DNA of 20,000 bases from an uncultured virus (IMG/VR IMGVR_UViG_3300030104_006454). Its lineage: Duplodnaviria; Heunggongvirae; Uroviricota; Caudoviricetes; Crassvirales. The stretch lies in IMG/VR virus record IMGVR_UViG_3300030104_006454, positions 45,947-65,946 of that record; one strand, 5' to 3'. Below the pieces are notes generated by a model, which was not told the DNA's origin, searched no databases, and saw nothing but the letters and a program-made list of their open reading frames with translations. Numbering within the stretch: the first letter of the stretch is position 1; every line of letters begins with the position of its first letter. Both the position numbers and the translations under genes were made by a program. Positions 1 through 9,534 of the stretch are shown piece by piece.

Positions 1-421
1 AATCTTCTAAACTACCACCAGTCTCTTCCATAAAGTCCATTAACTTTTGCACATTTTCAGGTATTGCTTTGCCAGTTTCCTCAGCTTGTTCTATAGCCTC
101 AACTACTTCTTCAGCTAACTCTTCTGTTTTTTCTTTAACCTCTTCTTCAGTAATTTCTTCTAATACTGGGGTTTCTTCTTGTGCTTGCTCTTCCGACTGT
201 ACTTCTTCTTGTTTTTCTGTGGGCTCGGCATTATTAGGCTCTGCAGCCACTCCCTCGTCGACAAGGTTATCTTCTTTAATTTCATTTTCTTCTGGTTTTG
301 GTGGTTTACTTAAATCTACTTTGGTAACTTCGTTATCTTGTTTTGCTTGTTTAAGATCAACTTTTGTTACGTTGTCTTTAGCAGCCTTTTCGACTACTTC
401 TTCTTTTTTCTTTTTTGCCAT
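1..421 (-). CDS. Acidic protein, probable capsid scaffolding protein (N-terminal part; runs off window)
   Basis: Not in ORF track. ATG at 421-419 gives MAKKKKEEVVEKAAKDNVTKVDLKQ...EEVVEAIEQAEETGKAIPENVQKLMDFMEETGGSLED, open to base 1. Very Glu-rich and directly downstream of the portal gene. Confidence 0.6.
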   Translation of the reverse strand, partial: MAKKKKEEVVEKAAKDNVTKVDLKQAKQDNEVTKVDLSKPPKPEENEIKEDNLVDEGVAAEPNNAEPTEKQEEVQSEEQAQEETPVLEEITEEEVKEKTEELAEEVVEAIEQAEETGKAIPENVQKLMDFMEETGGSLED

Positions 422-449
422 AATATAATATAATAATAATTAATAATTG

Positions 450-2870
450 TTATCTAGGATCAAACGCACCTAAATCAAACCCGCCGCCTATACTATCATT
501 ACCTGCGGATTCAAAGTTTTTAGGTGCTTTATCACTTTTTCTTTGGTCAATTAACTCGCTTTGTTGAGTCGCTTGAATTCTTGTTCTTTCGTCTTTACGA
601 TCTTCTTTTTGTTTTTCTTTATCACTTACAGTTTGATTGTCTAGTTTTCTAAGCTCCATGTTATACTGAAACTCTTGTTCCATCAATTCTTTTTTCAACG
701 CACCTTCTGCTTGAAGTTTTTGCAGACTTAACTGCATTTCTATTTGAGCTAAATTTGCTTTTGACTGCACAATTGCATCATTTTTTTGTATTTCTGCTTG
801 AGCAGCAACTTGTTGTGTCTGTGCATTAGCGTTTGCTTGAGCTTGTATGTTTCTTTCGTTTATTTCTTGATCTTTTTCTTGTTTTTTTCTACGTCTTATT
901 TTAAGAAGTTGATTAGCTAATTTTAAATTTTTAATTTCTCTAAGATCAATAGCGTCTTCAAGGTCTATAGTTTGTTGAGCTAAAGCAACTTGGATATTAT
1001 TTTCTAATAATGCTTTCTCCTCTTCGTCTGGTTGTAATTGTAAAAATATACCAAAATCATACAAATGTAAATTCCTCATTTCATCAAGAGTAGCTACATT
1101 ATGAGCTCCTATTTGCTGTATAAATGCATCAGCTGTTGGAGAGTACTCTATAATATCAGATATTCTTAATGACAAACATTCCGCTATACTAGAAGTTAGA
1201 TATAATCCAGACTGTAATATGTGTCTTGTTGCTGTGTTACTATTTGCAGCCGCAAGTTTTTGTACACCTACTAAAGCATTTTTATCTGGCATGCTACCAT
1301 CTCTAGCTTCGTTTAGCCCGGTTGTATCTCTTATCATTTGTAAATAATAATTATAATTACCAATAAGTGATTGTAACTTTGCACCTCCAGATCCTGATTG
1401 TATTTCTTGAATAGGCACTTTACCTGGATTCATTTCACCCTCTGAAGTAAATGATCTACCAATAACAGATCCAGTTTGGAAGAACATGTTTAAAGCTTCT
1501 TGCGGGCTATAATTTGTTCCATTACCAAGATCTATTTCAGCTAAACCATCAGCATCTAAATAAACACCATCTGGTACCATTCTAGCTAAAACTTGTTGAA
1601 TTTTTAAATGAGTTAATTGTATCATATCAGCAAAACCTGTAACACGTCTTACTAGGCTTTCTATTTTGCCTTTATACATTCTAGGGGCAACAATAGCATA
1701 ATTCATTTTTACTTTTGTAAAATCACTTTTAGGTCTCATCATGTTTTTAACCATTCCCCATTGAAGCAGTTTGTTTGTACCTAATATTAAAGCACCTTCA
1801 TATAACGTTTCTATACTTCTTTGTAATCTAGAATAATCAGCTGCTTCAGCTGGAGGGTTAAAAGTGTCATCTTTTTCAATTACTTTTTCAGCTCCACTAC
1901 CAACTTCTTTTACTTTATAAACCTCGTTCATATAAGTTTTATAATTAAAATATAAAACTTGAACTTTATTGTTGTCTATTTTATTGCTATAGTTAGAAGA
2001 GTGACGAGAATTACTTTGGTGGTAATTGTTATTTGTTATTATCTCTTCTAAGTCCTCGCTATCTAAATGTGGGAATTGTTTTGCTAGTTCATTTACAGGC
2101 ACATTTTTAACCTCACCTACATAGTATATATCATCAAAATAAGGCGATTCAGTATAAGAGTAAACTAAATCAGCAGGATCAACATAATTTATAGTAACAC
2201 CCTCTGAGGTATTAAAGTCAGTTTTAACAGCCCCAATACCTAGTACAGTTAGATCGTAATAAAATTGTTTTTTAATTAATTCATATTTATTACCTTCAAA
2301 TAAAACATTTAACGCTTGTTCTTGCGCTATTTCTGTAGCCTGCTTATAAGTAAGCTGCATGTGTAAAGCTAGCTCTTCTTCATTTGCTGGCAATGTATTT
2401 TGGTCTGAATTAGAAAGATCAACACCAAGCTCACTCCCAACGAAATCATTAAAACCTTTCATTTCTATATCTTGCAACAAAGCCTCCATATATTCTGTTC
2501 TCTGAGAAACTCCGTAAGGATCTTGAGAATAAGCTTTTATATCATACATACGTTCAGCTAACCCATTAACAACTATGTCTACAAACTTAGGTATAATAGG
2601 CACTGGTGTCCAGTCTAAATTAAGATAGGACAAATCACCGTTTATAGATAACTCGTCCTTGTATTTTTGTATAGACTGTTCGCCTCTAGCGTAAAGCCTT
2701 AATTCGTGAAAATTATTTTGATTTGAATCGTATCTCGTACCTCGATTATCATTATTAAACCATTCTGTTTCTATTGCTTTAGCAACTTTTAAACCATAGT
2801 CGTAGCTAAGCTTTTCAGCGTCGCTAACAACTTGACTTGGAAAATAATTTTTTATAACAGACTCTGCCAT
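450..2870 (-). CDS. Phage portal protein
   Basis: 806 aa, immediately downstream of TerL, with a long Q/A/E-rich coiled-coil C-terminus. Call rests on size, position and composition. Confidence 0.8.
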   Translation of the reverse strand: MAESVIKNYFPSQVVSDAEKLSYDYGLKVAKAIETEWFNNDNRGTRYDSNQNNFHELRLYARGEQSIQKYKDELSINGDLSYLNLDWTPVPIIPKFVDIVVNGLAERMYDIKAYSQDPYGVSQRTEYMEALLQDIEMKGFNDFVGSELGVDLSNSDQNTLPANEEELALHMQLTYKQATEIAQEQALNVLFEGNKYELIKKQFYYDLTVLGIGAVKTDFNTSEGVTINYVDPADLVYSYTESPYFDDIYYVGEVKNVPVNELAKQFPHLDSEDLEEIITNNNYHQSNSRHSSNYSNKIDNNKVQVLYFNYKTYMNEVYKVKEVGSGAEKVIEKDDTFNPPAEAADYSRLQRSIETLYEGALILGTNKLLQWGMVKNMMRPKSDFTKVKMNYAIVAPRMYKGKIESLVRRVTGFADMIQLTHLKIQQVLARMVPDGVYLDADGLAEIDLGNGTNYSPQEALNMFFQTGSVIGRSFTSEGEMNPGKVPIQEIQSGSGGAKLQSLIGNYNYYLQMIRDTTGLNEARDGSMPDKNALVGVQKLAAANSNTATRHILQSGLYLTSSIAECLSLRISDIIEYSPTADAFIQQIGAHNVATLDEMRNLHLYDFGIFLQLQPDEEEKALLENNIQVALAQQTIDLEDAIDLREIKNLKLANQLLKIRRRKKQEKDQEINERNIQAQANANAQTQQVAAQAEIQKNDAIVQSKANLAQIEMQLSLQKLQAEGALKKELMEQEFQYNMELRKLDNQTVSDKEKQKEDRKDERTRIQATQQSELIDQRKSDKAPKNFESAGNDSIGGGFDLGAFDPR

Positions 2871-2872
2871 AT

Positions 2873-5086
2873 TTATTTTTTAATTAGTTTAGAAGTATTA
2901 CCACTATTTGCATATTTAGCAATACTTAAGTTTAGTTTAGGTTTTTGTACTGGTGCATTTGGTCTGTATAAATGTCTATTGTTTGCCATTATTGCTAATC
3001 CTGAACTAATAGAAGCATCATGTTTTGTTCTTTTGTTTATATCAAATTTAGCCCAATCATTTAATAACTCATTAAAATAACAGCTACCAATACTACCATC
3101 TTGTTGTAAACCCACGTGATTTTGTATATACATTTCTATAGCTGCAGCGTGGGCTTGTTTTATATCTTCACTTGAGTTAGGCATACCACCTATTTCTTTT
3201 TCTGCTACAGATAATTTGTTCCATATTTTATCAGGTCTATTCATACTATAACCTCTATAACCTCTACGCCTTAAATAGTACAATAACCTTGGTTTATTAT
3301 TCTCTGCAAGTAATGGCATACCATAAAATACTAACGCCATTAAAACATCTTCAAAAAATATTTCTGCAGTCTGCGGTCTTGCTAAGTATTCTAAAAAAAA
3401 TTGGTTAGCTGGCGCATCTTCCATTGAAAACCTAGTTAATCCATGTAACGCTCCTTTAGATCCTTGACCATCAACAGTACCACTAATATCGTAACTGTCA
3501 CAGCCAAACGCACCGATGTGCTCGTTACCTGGGTATCGTATTCCATTTTTTATTATAATTTTATTTTGTATTTCAACAGGTGGTGTCCAACTTATTTTAA
3601 ATCTACCTTTTTGATCTGGGTAAAATATTACTTTAGAATCTTTAACACCATTAACCCATTGAAAATTACCCTTAGTAATACCTAGTGTTCTAGACATTTC
3701 TTCATTGTAATCTATTTGTTCGTATATTTTTACTAAGTTAAATATACTATTTTTTGTTTCATCTCTAAACGCATGTTCAGTAGTTCTTGGAAACTGTCTG
3801 TAAAATTCGTTTAACGCATCTTGATCGCCTTTTAAGCCATCAGCTTCATTTTGCCAATTGTCTATTACACCTACGTCTATTAACTCTCCGTATGGGTCGA
3901 AGACATCATGGTCTGGACTATCAAATACTGGAATTCCGTACTCATCAATAAATCCTTCGTAATTCCACTCCATAGGGATAAAGAGAGAATACAAGCCAGA
4001 CGCTGTTTGTCCATTTCTGTTTCGTTTATTAACGTCTGACGCGTTATATAGTTTTTTAAAGTTTTCTCCACCTTTATCTAATGAGTTTGATGTTGAGCCC
4101 ATCATACATTTACCTATAATTCTACTACCTAATCGTAAACATGTTTTTGTAACTCGCCAGTTGTTTAATATATTATCGGGTCTTTCCCACTTACCACTTT
4201 CATCATGTACTAATAATTGAAGCTTTTCTCCGTCATAACTGTTATCACCTGTATTTTTCCAATCAATAGTAGTATCAAGTCCAGCCAAGTCTTCCTGCTG
4301 TTCGTTTGTAGTAATCTTTTTACGCGTAAACTTACTTGCAGGAACCCTATAAGCAAGCTCAGACTTAGGCCTGTCCATACCGTCTTGTATCGGTTTAAAA
4401 AAGAACGGGTAGTTAATTGATATTGGAACCACCTTGTCTGTAAACATTTTTTTAGCATCAGCACCTGTTTTAGATAATATACCAAATCTTGCATCGCTTG
4501 ATATTGTAGCTTGATTTACTGTTTCTGCTGAAGACATAAAAGAAAAACCAGATCGTCTGTTTTTAAGGTAGCACATACCATAACATCTTTTATCTGCTTT
4601 GCAAGCCTCCCAAAATATATAAAACAACCTGTTAGCTTCTCTAAAGTCTGGCGCACCTACATCTATTTTACTCCATTGCAAGTACATATAATGCGTGCCT
4701 GTTATATATGTTGGTGTACCATTGTTGTTAAACCAAAAGCCATTATCTCTTCTATTAAACTCTTCATCTATGTAATCAAACCATTTAGCTTTATTTTCTT
4801 CAGGATAAGCTCTCCAGTCAAATATGTTTTTAAGTCTACTTAATTCTTTTGGATATTCAAACTGTTTCCATTTTTTTTCTTTGTTGCTATACACACTACG
4901 CTCTTTCGGTAGCGCTATATGAAAATTTTGTATTTCATATATATCACCTATTTCACCAGTTTTAGATATGACTACAATATCATGTTCTTTATTATAACCA
5001 TACTTCCACTTTTTACCTTTATTAAGTCTACTTATAGTAGTCTTTTTTATAGGTTCTACAACATTATATAAATTTTGCTTATACAT
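2873..5086 (-). CDS. terL: Terminase large subunit
   Basis: 737 aa. Walker-A-like YLKNRRSGFS, Walker B LLVHDESGK, coupling motif MMGST, and RNase H-like nuclease acidic motifs (FGCDSYD, LAENN, KHDASIS). Confidence 0.9.
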   Translation of the reverse strand: MYKQNLYNVVEPIKKTTISRLNKGKKWKYGYNKEHDIVVISKTGEIGDIYEIQNFHIALPKERSVYSNKEKKWKQFEYPKELSRLKNIFDWRAYPEENKAKWFDYIDEEFNRRDNGFWFNNNGTPTYITGTHYMYLQWSKIDVGAPDFREANRLFYIFWEACKADKRCYGMCYLKNRRSGFSFMSSAETVNQATISSDARFGILSKTGADAKKMFTDKVVPISINYPFFFKPIQDGMDRPKSELAYRVPASKFTRKKITTNEQQEDLAGLDTTIDWKNTGDNSYDGEKLQLLVHDESGKWERPDNILNNWRVTKTCLRLGSRIIGKCMMGSTSNSLDKGGENFKKLYNASDVNKRNRNGQTASGLYSLFIPMEWNYEGFIDEYGIPVFDSPDHDVFDPYGELIDVGVIDNWQNEADGLKGDQDALNEFYRQFPRTTEHAFRDETKNSIFNLVKIYEQIDYNEEMSRTLGITKGNFQWVNGVKDSKVIFYPDQKGRFKISWTPPVEIQNKIIIKNGIRYPGNEHIGAFGCDSYDISGTVDGQGSKGALHGLTRFSMEDAPANQFFLEYLARPQTAEIFFEDVLMALVFYGMPLLAENNKPRLLYYLRRRGYRGYSMNRPDKIWNKLSVAEKEIGGMPNSSEDIKQAHAAAIEMYIQNHVGLQQDGSIGSCYFNELLNDWAKFDINKRTKHDASISSGLAIMANNRHLYRPNAPVQKPKLNLSIAKYANSGNTSKLIKK

Positions 5087-5358
5087 TACTTTGATCTACC
5101 TTCTGCAAAGCCTTTAAAAACTTTAACTTCTGTTTTGTTTTCTTTACCTTCTAATATGTTTTCTTCTTCTTGTATACGGTTGAGAATTTCAAATGCATCA
5201 AATATAGCTAGCTTTTTAGTAGCCGCAGCATTTTTAAGTCTGTCAGCTGATATATCATCATCACTATCAACTATAGGTTCTTTAGCAACTTTAATTAACT
5301 CATCAACTGCTTTGTGCCCAGCCTGGATTATACTCTTCTTCGTTTCCTTGATATTCAT
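5086..5358 (-). CDS. Probable terminase small subunit (start re-assigned to MNIKETKK)
   Basis: Small helical protein whose stop abuts the terL ATG (TAATG). ATG at 5358 preferred over 5406 because of its AT-rich leader and shorter overlap with the upstream gene. Confidence 0.55.
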   Translation of the reverse strand: MNIKETKKSIIQAGHKAVDELIKVAKEPIVDSDDDISADRLKNAAATKKLAIFDAFEILNRIQEEENILEGKENKTEVKVFKGFAEGRSK

Positions 5359-5917
5359 ATTTAATTGTAATAAATTTTGATAGTAGTCTATATAATTTTT
5401 GTCCATCTACAATAAACTCATATTCTGAACTTGGTCTAAATCCTATTAAGTCACCTTCATTAACCGTACCGTCTGTGTACTTAACAACACCCATCAAAGG
5501 CTGTTCTTTATCAGTATTTAATTTATTTATAGATTTTATTGGTGTTACAAAACAATAACCTTTCATTGCCTGCCACTTTCTACTGTGATAACTAAATATA
5601 GCTTTTGGTTTATGTAAAAATATTTGATCTGGCTGCACTAAATAACTATCTTCATCAATATAAGCTCTACTGTTTTTTTCTATACCGTATTGGTTGTGCC
5701 ATCTTCTAAAAACATTATGATGTACAATTACAGTATCACCAACTTTTATTTCTGTTTCACCTACAGTTGGTATTGCTTTTACTATAGCTTCTCTGCTAAC
5801 GTATTGATGATTAAATATTTCAGTATTAACTATAAGTTCTTTGCCGTCTATTTTTTTTGTATTGTTGTATCTTGATTTTACAGGCGTTACAACAAAGTTG
5901 TAAACCGCTTTCATCAA
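5303..5917 (-). CDS. GroES-like protein with apparently two tandem co-chaperonin-type domains
   Basis: N-half KAVYNFVVTP...AIVKAIP...IKVGDTVIVHH and C-half QAMKGYCFVTP...MGVVKY...VNEGDLIGF...EFIVDGQKLYRL each resemble the GroES beta-barrel pattern. Confidence 0.6.
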   Translation of the reverse strand: MMKAVYNFVVTPVKSRYNNTKKIDGKELIVNTEIFNHQYVSREAIVKAIPTVGETEIKVGDTVIVHHNVFRRWHNQYGIEKNSRAYIDEDSYLVQPDQIFLHKPKAIFSYHSRKWQAMKGYCFVTPIKSINKLNTDKEQPLMGVVKYTDGTVNEGDLIGFRPSSEYEFIVDGQKLYRLLSKFITIKYEYQGNEEEYNPGWAQSS

Positions 5918-6135
5918 TACTGTAAGTTATATTCTACAGATACAGCCATATTTTTATTAAAGTCTTTCCAAGGTAATACGTCTTTATCTTTTTTAATATA
6001 TACGCTGTACTTGTCGTCTTCTTCTAATATATCGCAGATAGTATGACCACCATACACCTCTTGCCCAACGGCATAGTGCATGGCATCATTTTTATAGTCT
6101 TTGCCTATAGATATTTTACGAATTAGCTTCGACAT
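5914..6135 (-). CDS. Hypothetical phage protein
   Basis: 73 aa, ATGA-coupled to the next gene. Confidence 0.75.
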   Translation of the reverse strand: MSKLIRKISIGKDYKNDAMHYAVGQEVYGGHTICDILEEDDKYSVYIKKDKDVLPWKDFNKNMAVSVEYNLQY

Positions 6136-6388
6136 CGTAGTTTATTTCTCCTGTTTGTATGTTAATATTTACTTTACCATACTCTTTTTCTAGTGCAACT
6201 TGTTCTTCTTGTAAAGACTCTTGAAGTTGACTAACTTGATGACATAACATATGTTTTCTAGATTCCATTCTACCTAGTTCCATTTGCATATTGTTAATAG
6301 GTGAAATTATATCTTGAATAGCTTTTAGTTGCTCATCAGTAATATTTGTAGGTTTAAGGTCTACTACCTTTTCTTTCTTTTTTGCCAT
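6116..6388 (-). CDS. Small coiled-coil phage protein
   Basis: 90 aa, heptad-rich helix followed by YGKVNINIQTGEI; AT-rich leader AATTAAATAAAATG. Confidence 0.7.
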   Translation of the reverse strand: MAKKKEKVVDLKPTNITDEQLKAIQDIISPINNMQMELGRMESRKHMLCHQVSQLQESLQEEQVALEKEYGKVNINIQTGEINYDVEANS

Positions 6389-6418
6389 TTTATTTAATTT
6401 AAGTTAATTTAATTTGTT

Positions 6419-6799
6419 TTATTTTCCTATATAAGCTATCATAGCTCCCGCACCTCCACTTTTAATTTCAGCACTAGTCCATCTTCCATAAATTGTTAAA
6501 CCTGCTGGAAAAGTATTGCTACCATCTACTATAACACCACCACCACCACTAATAGCAGTTTCAGATCCTACAGAAACGTTGTGAGCAGCAACATCTGTAC
6601 CAATATGCTCATAATCAGCGTCAGAAGTATCACCCGTTAAACCACCAGCGTTAGTTCCAAGTGTTTCGAGTTGAGTGTTTGCTACGAAAGTTATAGCTAT
6701 AAAAACCTTATTTGTCGGAGGAGTTATTCTTCCATCTGCAGAGTCTGCAAAAACAGATCCCATAACCCCTAATTCGTTTCTACCTGGTATATATCCCAT
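6419..6799 (-). CDS. Hypothetical beta-rich protein, probably structural
   Basis: 126 aa, G/T/S/A-rich, ends TFPAGLTIYGRWT...MIAYIGK. Confidence 0.65.
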   Translation of the reverse strand: MGYIPGRNELGVMGSVFADSADGRITPPTNKVFIAITFVANTQLETLGTNAGGLTGDTSDADYEHIGTDVAAHNVSVGSETAISGGGGVIVDGSNTFPAGLTIYGRWTSAEIKSGGAGAMIAYIGK

Positions 6800-6803
6800 A
6801 ATT

Positions 6804-7190
6804 TTATTTTTTTACTTTTTCTAGTGATCTACCGCCAAAATAAGCACCGATCACAGTTATTAATACTAATTGCAAAAGATCTACATACGAGTCTTTTACA
6901 TTGAATTTTAAAAAGCCAGCGTCTATAAATATTAATAACATTGTACATATTACTAAAAATATTAACACTAGCGGTCTTATATTTTTACTTAGCCATGAGT
7001 CTGAGTTCATGTCTAACTTCCACCTTTCAGTTACTTGTTTTTGCATCTCAGCTTCGTAACCCATTATCATATCTTTTATTTTAGCTTCTGCGGCTAGTTT
7101 TTCTTCTTTAGTTGTAGTTAAGTTATCTAACACTCCACCTACATTTTTAACTAACTCACTAGCTCCTGCTGAAAATATTTTACTTAACAT
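6804..7190 (-). CDS. Holin-like membrane protein (GTA 3TM-holin type)
   Basis: DSWLSKNIRPL, then two hydrophobic segments and GAYFGGRSLEK, a pattern typical of this family. Confidence 0.75.
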   Translation of the reverse strand: MLSKIFSAGASELVKNVGGVLDNLTTTKEEKLAAEAKIKDMIMGYEAEMQKQVTERWKLDMNSDSWLSKNIRPLVLIFLVICTMLLIFIDAGFLKFNVKDSYVDLLQLVLITVIGAYFGGRSLEKVKK

Positions 7191-7208
7191 TTGTATTTGT
7201 TTTTATTT

Positions 7209-7628
7209 TTAAATAGCTCCGTAGTTTGCATCTTTTTCCCAAGGAAAATTTCCACCAGCTTCAGTCCATTTACCATCTACTTTAATCATATCTTTACCGT
7301 TTCTAGTTTCCCTAGGATATGTTACGCCATCGTATTTTACAAAGTTGTCACCATATTCTAGTTTGCCAGTACGCATTTGTGTAGCGTGTACCATTTCGTG
7401 GTTTACAACTTGTCTTTCTTCAAAACTACCTGGTTGTATTTTATTACTTATGTATATACTACCGTCCATATTAGCCTCACCCATAATACCTTCGCTTAAT
7501 GGTTTTCTAATAACAGGTGTTCCAGGTACTGATGCATCACTACCAGCCTCTTGATGAAATCGCATTTTTTTACGTACTTCACCACCAACAGCATAATTAC
7601 CTTTTTCTGATCCTAATTTAAATCCCAT
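7209..7628 (-). CDS. Putative zincin-like metallopeptidase
   Basis: HEMVH (HExxH) motif after GSIYIS strand, with a downstream PWEKDA glutamate as candidate third ligand. Confidence 0.6.
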   Translation of the reverse strand: MGFKLGSEKGNYAVGGEVRKKMRFHQEAGSDASVPGTPVIRKPLSEGIMGEANMDGSIYISNKIQPGSFEERQVVNHEMVHATQMRTGKLEYGDNFVKYDGVTYPRETRNGKDMIKVDGKWTEAGGNFPWEKDANYGAI

Positions 7629-7750
7629 TATTTTTTACCAGGTTTATAACAACTACCTTTAGCACCTTTTTTAGTACCCGGCTTTCTTACATAACCAGCT
7701 TTTGTCCAGCACCTTAATGGTGTTTTCATTTTAAATGGCCCTTTTTTCAT
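7628..7750 (-). CDS. Small basic Cys-containing protein (40 aa)
   Basis: Not in track. MKKGPFKMKTPLRCWTKAGYVRKPGTKKGAKGSCYKPGKK; TAATG-coupled on both sides. Confidence 0.75.
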   Translation of the reverse strand: MKKGPFKMKTPLRCWTKAGYVRKPGTKKGAKGSCYKPGKK

Positions 7751-7923
7751 TATTGAGAATCTTTTAAATCTTTTTCACTAGGTGCACCTTTACTACCAGG
7801 TTTTCTCATTTTTTCACCAGAACCAGCTTTTATTCTTTTTCTTTTTGCATGAATATTATCCCATAAACCTCTTTTGCCTTTTAAAGGTGATTTCATTTTA
7901 AATGGTCCTTGTTTTGATTTCAT
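7750..7923 (-). CDS. Small basic protein (57 aa)
   Basis: Not in track. MKSKQGPFKMKSPLKGKRGLWDNIHAKRKRIKAGSGEKMRKPGSKGAPSEKDLKDSQ; TAATG-coupled on both sides. Confidence 0.8.
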   Translation of the reverse strand: MKSKQGPFKMKSPLKGKRGLWDNIHAKRKRIKAGSGEKMRKPGSKGAPSEKDLKDSQ

Positions 7924-8231
7924 TATTTTTTCTTCATTTTAGTTACAGATTTCTTTTTCATTGCCATAGCTGATTTCTTCTTCATTGTCATAGCTGATTT
8001 CTTTTTCATTGCCATAGCTGATTTTTTCTTCATTTTAACTGCAGCATCTTTTTGAGCTTTTGTTTTATATGTTTTACCTGCGTAAGTAAAAGATCCTTCA
8101 CCAGCGTTAGCCGCTTTTTTTGCTGCGTATGTAAAATTTTTAGCAGGTGATTTTTTCTTCATAGTCATTGCAGATTTTTTCTTCATAGTCATTGCAGACT
8201 TTTTTTTCATTTTAGCTGGTGCTTTTTTCAT
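7923..8231 (-). CDS. Lys/Met/Ala-rich histone-H1-like protein, copy A
   Basis: MKKKSAM(T/A) octapeptide repeats flanking a small core (FTYAAKKAANAGEGSFTYAGKTYKT). Confidence 0.75.
   Translation of the reverse strand: MKKAPAKMKKKSAMTMKKKSAMTMKKKSPAKNFTYAAKKAANAGEGSFTYAGKTYKTKAQKDAAVKMKKKSAMAMKKKSAMTMKKKSAMAMKKKSVTKMKKK
7948..8033. repeat. 24-nt coding tandem repeat (~3.5 copies; ~2.5 more at ~8149-8210)
   Basis: Unit gatttctttttcattgccatagct and variants, encoding the MKKKSAMA period. Confidence 0.85.
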
Positions 8232-8233
8232 TG

Positions 8234-8764
8234 TTATTTTCTTGTATTATTGTACATTAATTTACCTAATTCATCGCCTTCTTTACTATCTGACAAATAG
8301 TGGGCATGAGCGACTCTCCTACTATATGAAATATTTTTACCTGTTTGTAAAAACGCAGATTTTGCTTTTGGATATTTATCTGCTAACAATAACGCTATGC
8401 CTGTGCCTTGAACAGAATGTCCTGAAGGATATGATGGTGTTTGCATAGACTTTAAAATTATTGCATCTAACTTTTTATCTAACTCGTAAGGTCTTTTTCT
8501 ATTATGATGTTTTTTTAAATCCAATATTATTGGGGCTGATTTTTCTATAAAATTAGCAGCAATACTTTTATCATAATCTTTTACATTATTATCTTTAGCT
8601 GTTTTGGAAAAAGCAGATTCTATGTTGTCAAACTTTTTTACAAAAGATTTGTTTAAAGGTATTTTTCTAAGTTCATTTAACTCTGTGTGAGTTGTATAAC
8701 TACCGTCACTTGGTGGTTTGTTTTTTTTAAATGCGCTTATATCAGCTTCTTTTAACATTTCCAT
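8234..8764 (-). CDS. PAP2 / acid phosphatase-vanadium haloperoxidase superfamily protein, copy A
   Basis: All three signature motifs: KKHHNRKRP, YPSGHS, SRRVAHAHYLSD. No transmembrane segment or signal peptide visible. Confidence 0.85.
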   Translation of the reverse strand: MEMLKEADISAFKKNKPPSDGSYTTHTELNELRKIPLNKSFVKKFDNIESAFSKTAKDNNVKDYDKSIAANFIEKSAPIILDLKKHHNRKRPYELDKKLDAIILKSMQTPSYPSGHSVQGTGIALLLADKYPKAKSAFLQTGKNISYSRRVAHAHYLSDSKEGDELGKLMYNNTRK

Positions 8765-9087
8765 TTTCTTCTAGCTATATCATTTGGACAATCGCCATTT
8801 TTATCTGGATTTTTACATTTTTTAATACCAGCAGATCTAGCACAATAACTTTTTTTACGTGGACCTCCACCTGGTTGAGGTGGTCTTACTTTTTTACCAG
8901 GGTTTTCTCTATTGTATTTGTCTCTATCTTTTTGTGTCCAACTAGTATGTGGTTTTACTCTATCAAAAAGAGGTGAACCTGTGTTTCTTCTACGTCCACA
9001 ACTAGTAATAGGATAAGGATGGTTCATACTTAAAGTAAAACCTTCCGCTTTTGGAAACATATTATTTTGTCTTTTTGATCCAGGCAT
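8752..9087 (-). CDS. Small basic phage protein (possibly DUF6321-like)
   Basis: C-terminal RKKSYCARSAG...ARRKWKC pattern recalled from marine phage proteins; family name tentative. Confidence 0.6.
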   Translation of the reverse strand: MPGSKRQNNMFPKAEGFTLSMNHPYPITSCGRRRNTGSPLFDRVKPHTSWTQKDRDKYNRENPGKKVRPPQPGGGPRKKSYCARSAGIKKCKNPDKNGDCPNDIARRKWKC

Positions 9088-9528
9088 TTATCTATTTTTA
9101 TCTTTAATCATATCATCTATAGCTTTGTTATAAACTTTATCTGTATATGATTTGTTATTATAGAATATGCTACGCTCTGATGTAGGCATGTCTTCTTCGC
9201 CTAATAATATACGGTATATTCTATTTATTAATTGTTTACATCTATATGATGTTTTGTATACACTATACTTAATAGTAGTGCGATTTCTATGTCTCCAAAC
9301 ATCTATCCAACCATCTTGTCTAAGCCTGTCCCACCTGGCTTTGTCCCAAGAAAATGTGTATACTCCGTCCATGAAATCTTTTCGTGTGAATCTTCCTTCA
9401 CAATCTAAATAAAATAAAAGTTCTAAGTCTGCGTCTAAAATACCGTAAGTCTTACAAGCCCACTTTCTAGTGAGCCTGTAATACTTAAGTATATTCATAT
9501 CACGCAAATCTTGCGCGGATAATCTCAA
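9088..9528 (-). CDS. Putative winged-helix DNA-binding protein
   Basis: YGILDADLELLFYL...FTRKDF...WDRLRQDGWIDVW...SVYKTS resembles MarR-like wHTH topology. Confidence 0.55.
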   Translation of the reverse strand: MRLSAQDLRDMNILKYYRLTRKWACKTYGILDADLELLFYLDCEGRFTRKDFMDGVYTFSWDKARWDRLRQDGWIDVWRHRNRTTIKYSVYKTSYRCKQLINRIYRILLGEEDMPTSERSIFYNNKSYTDKVYNKAIDDMIKDKNR

Positions 9529-9534
9529 TTGCTA

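Noticed and set aside
3880..4494. Alternative-frame ORFs inside terL (possible intron or embedded gene)
   Set aside because: terL is continuous with all motifs in one frame; these ORFs show no recognisable features.
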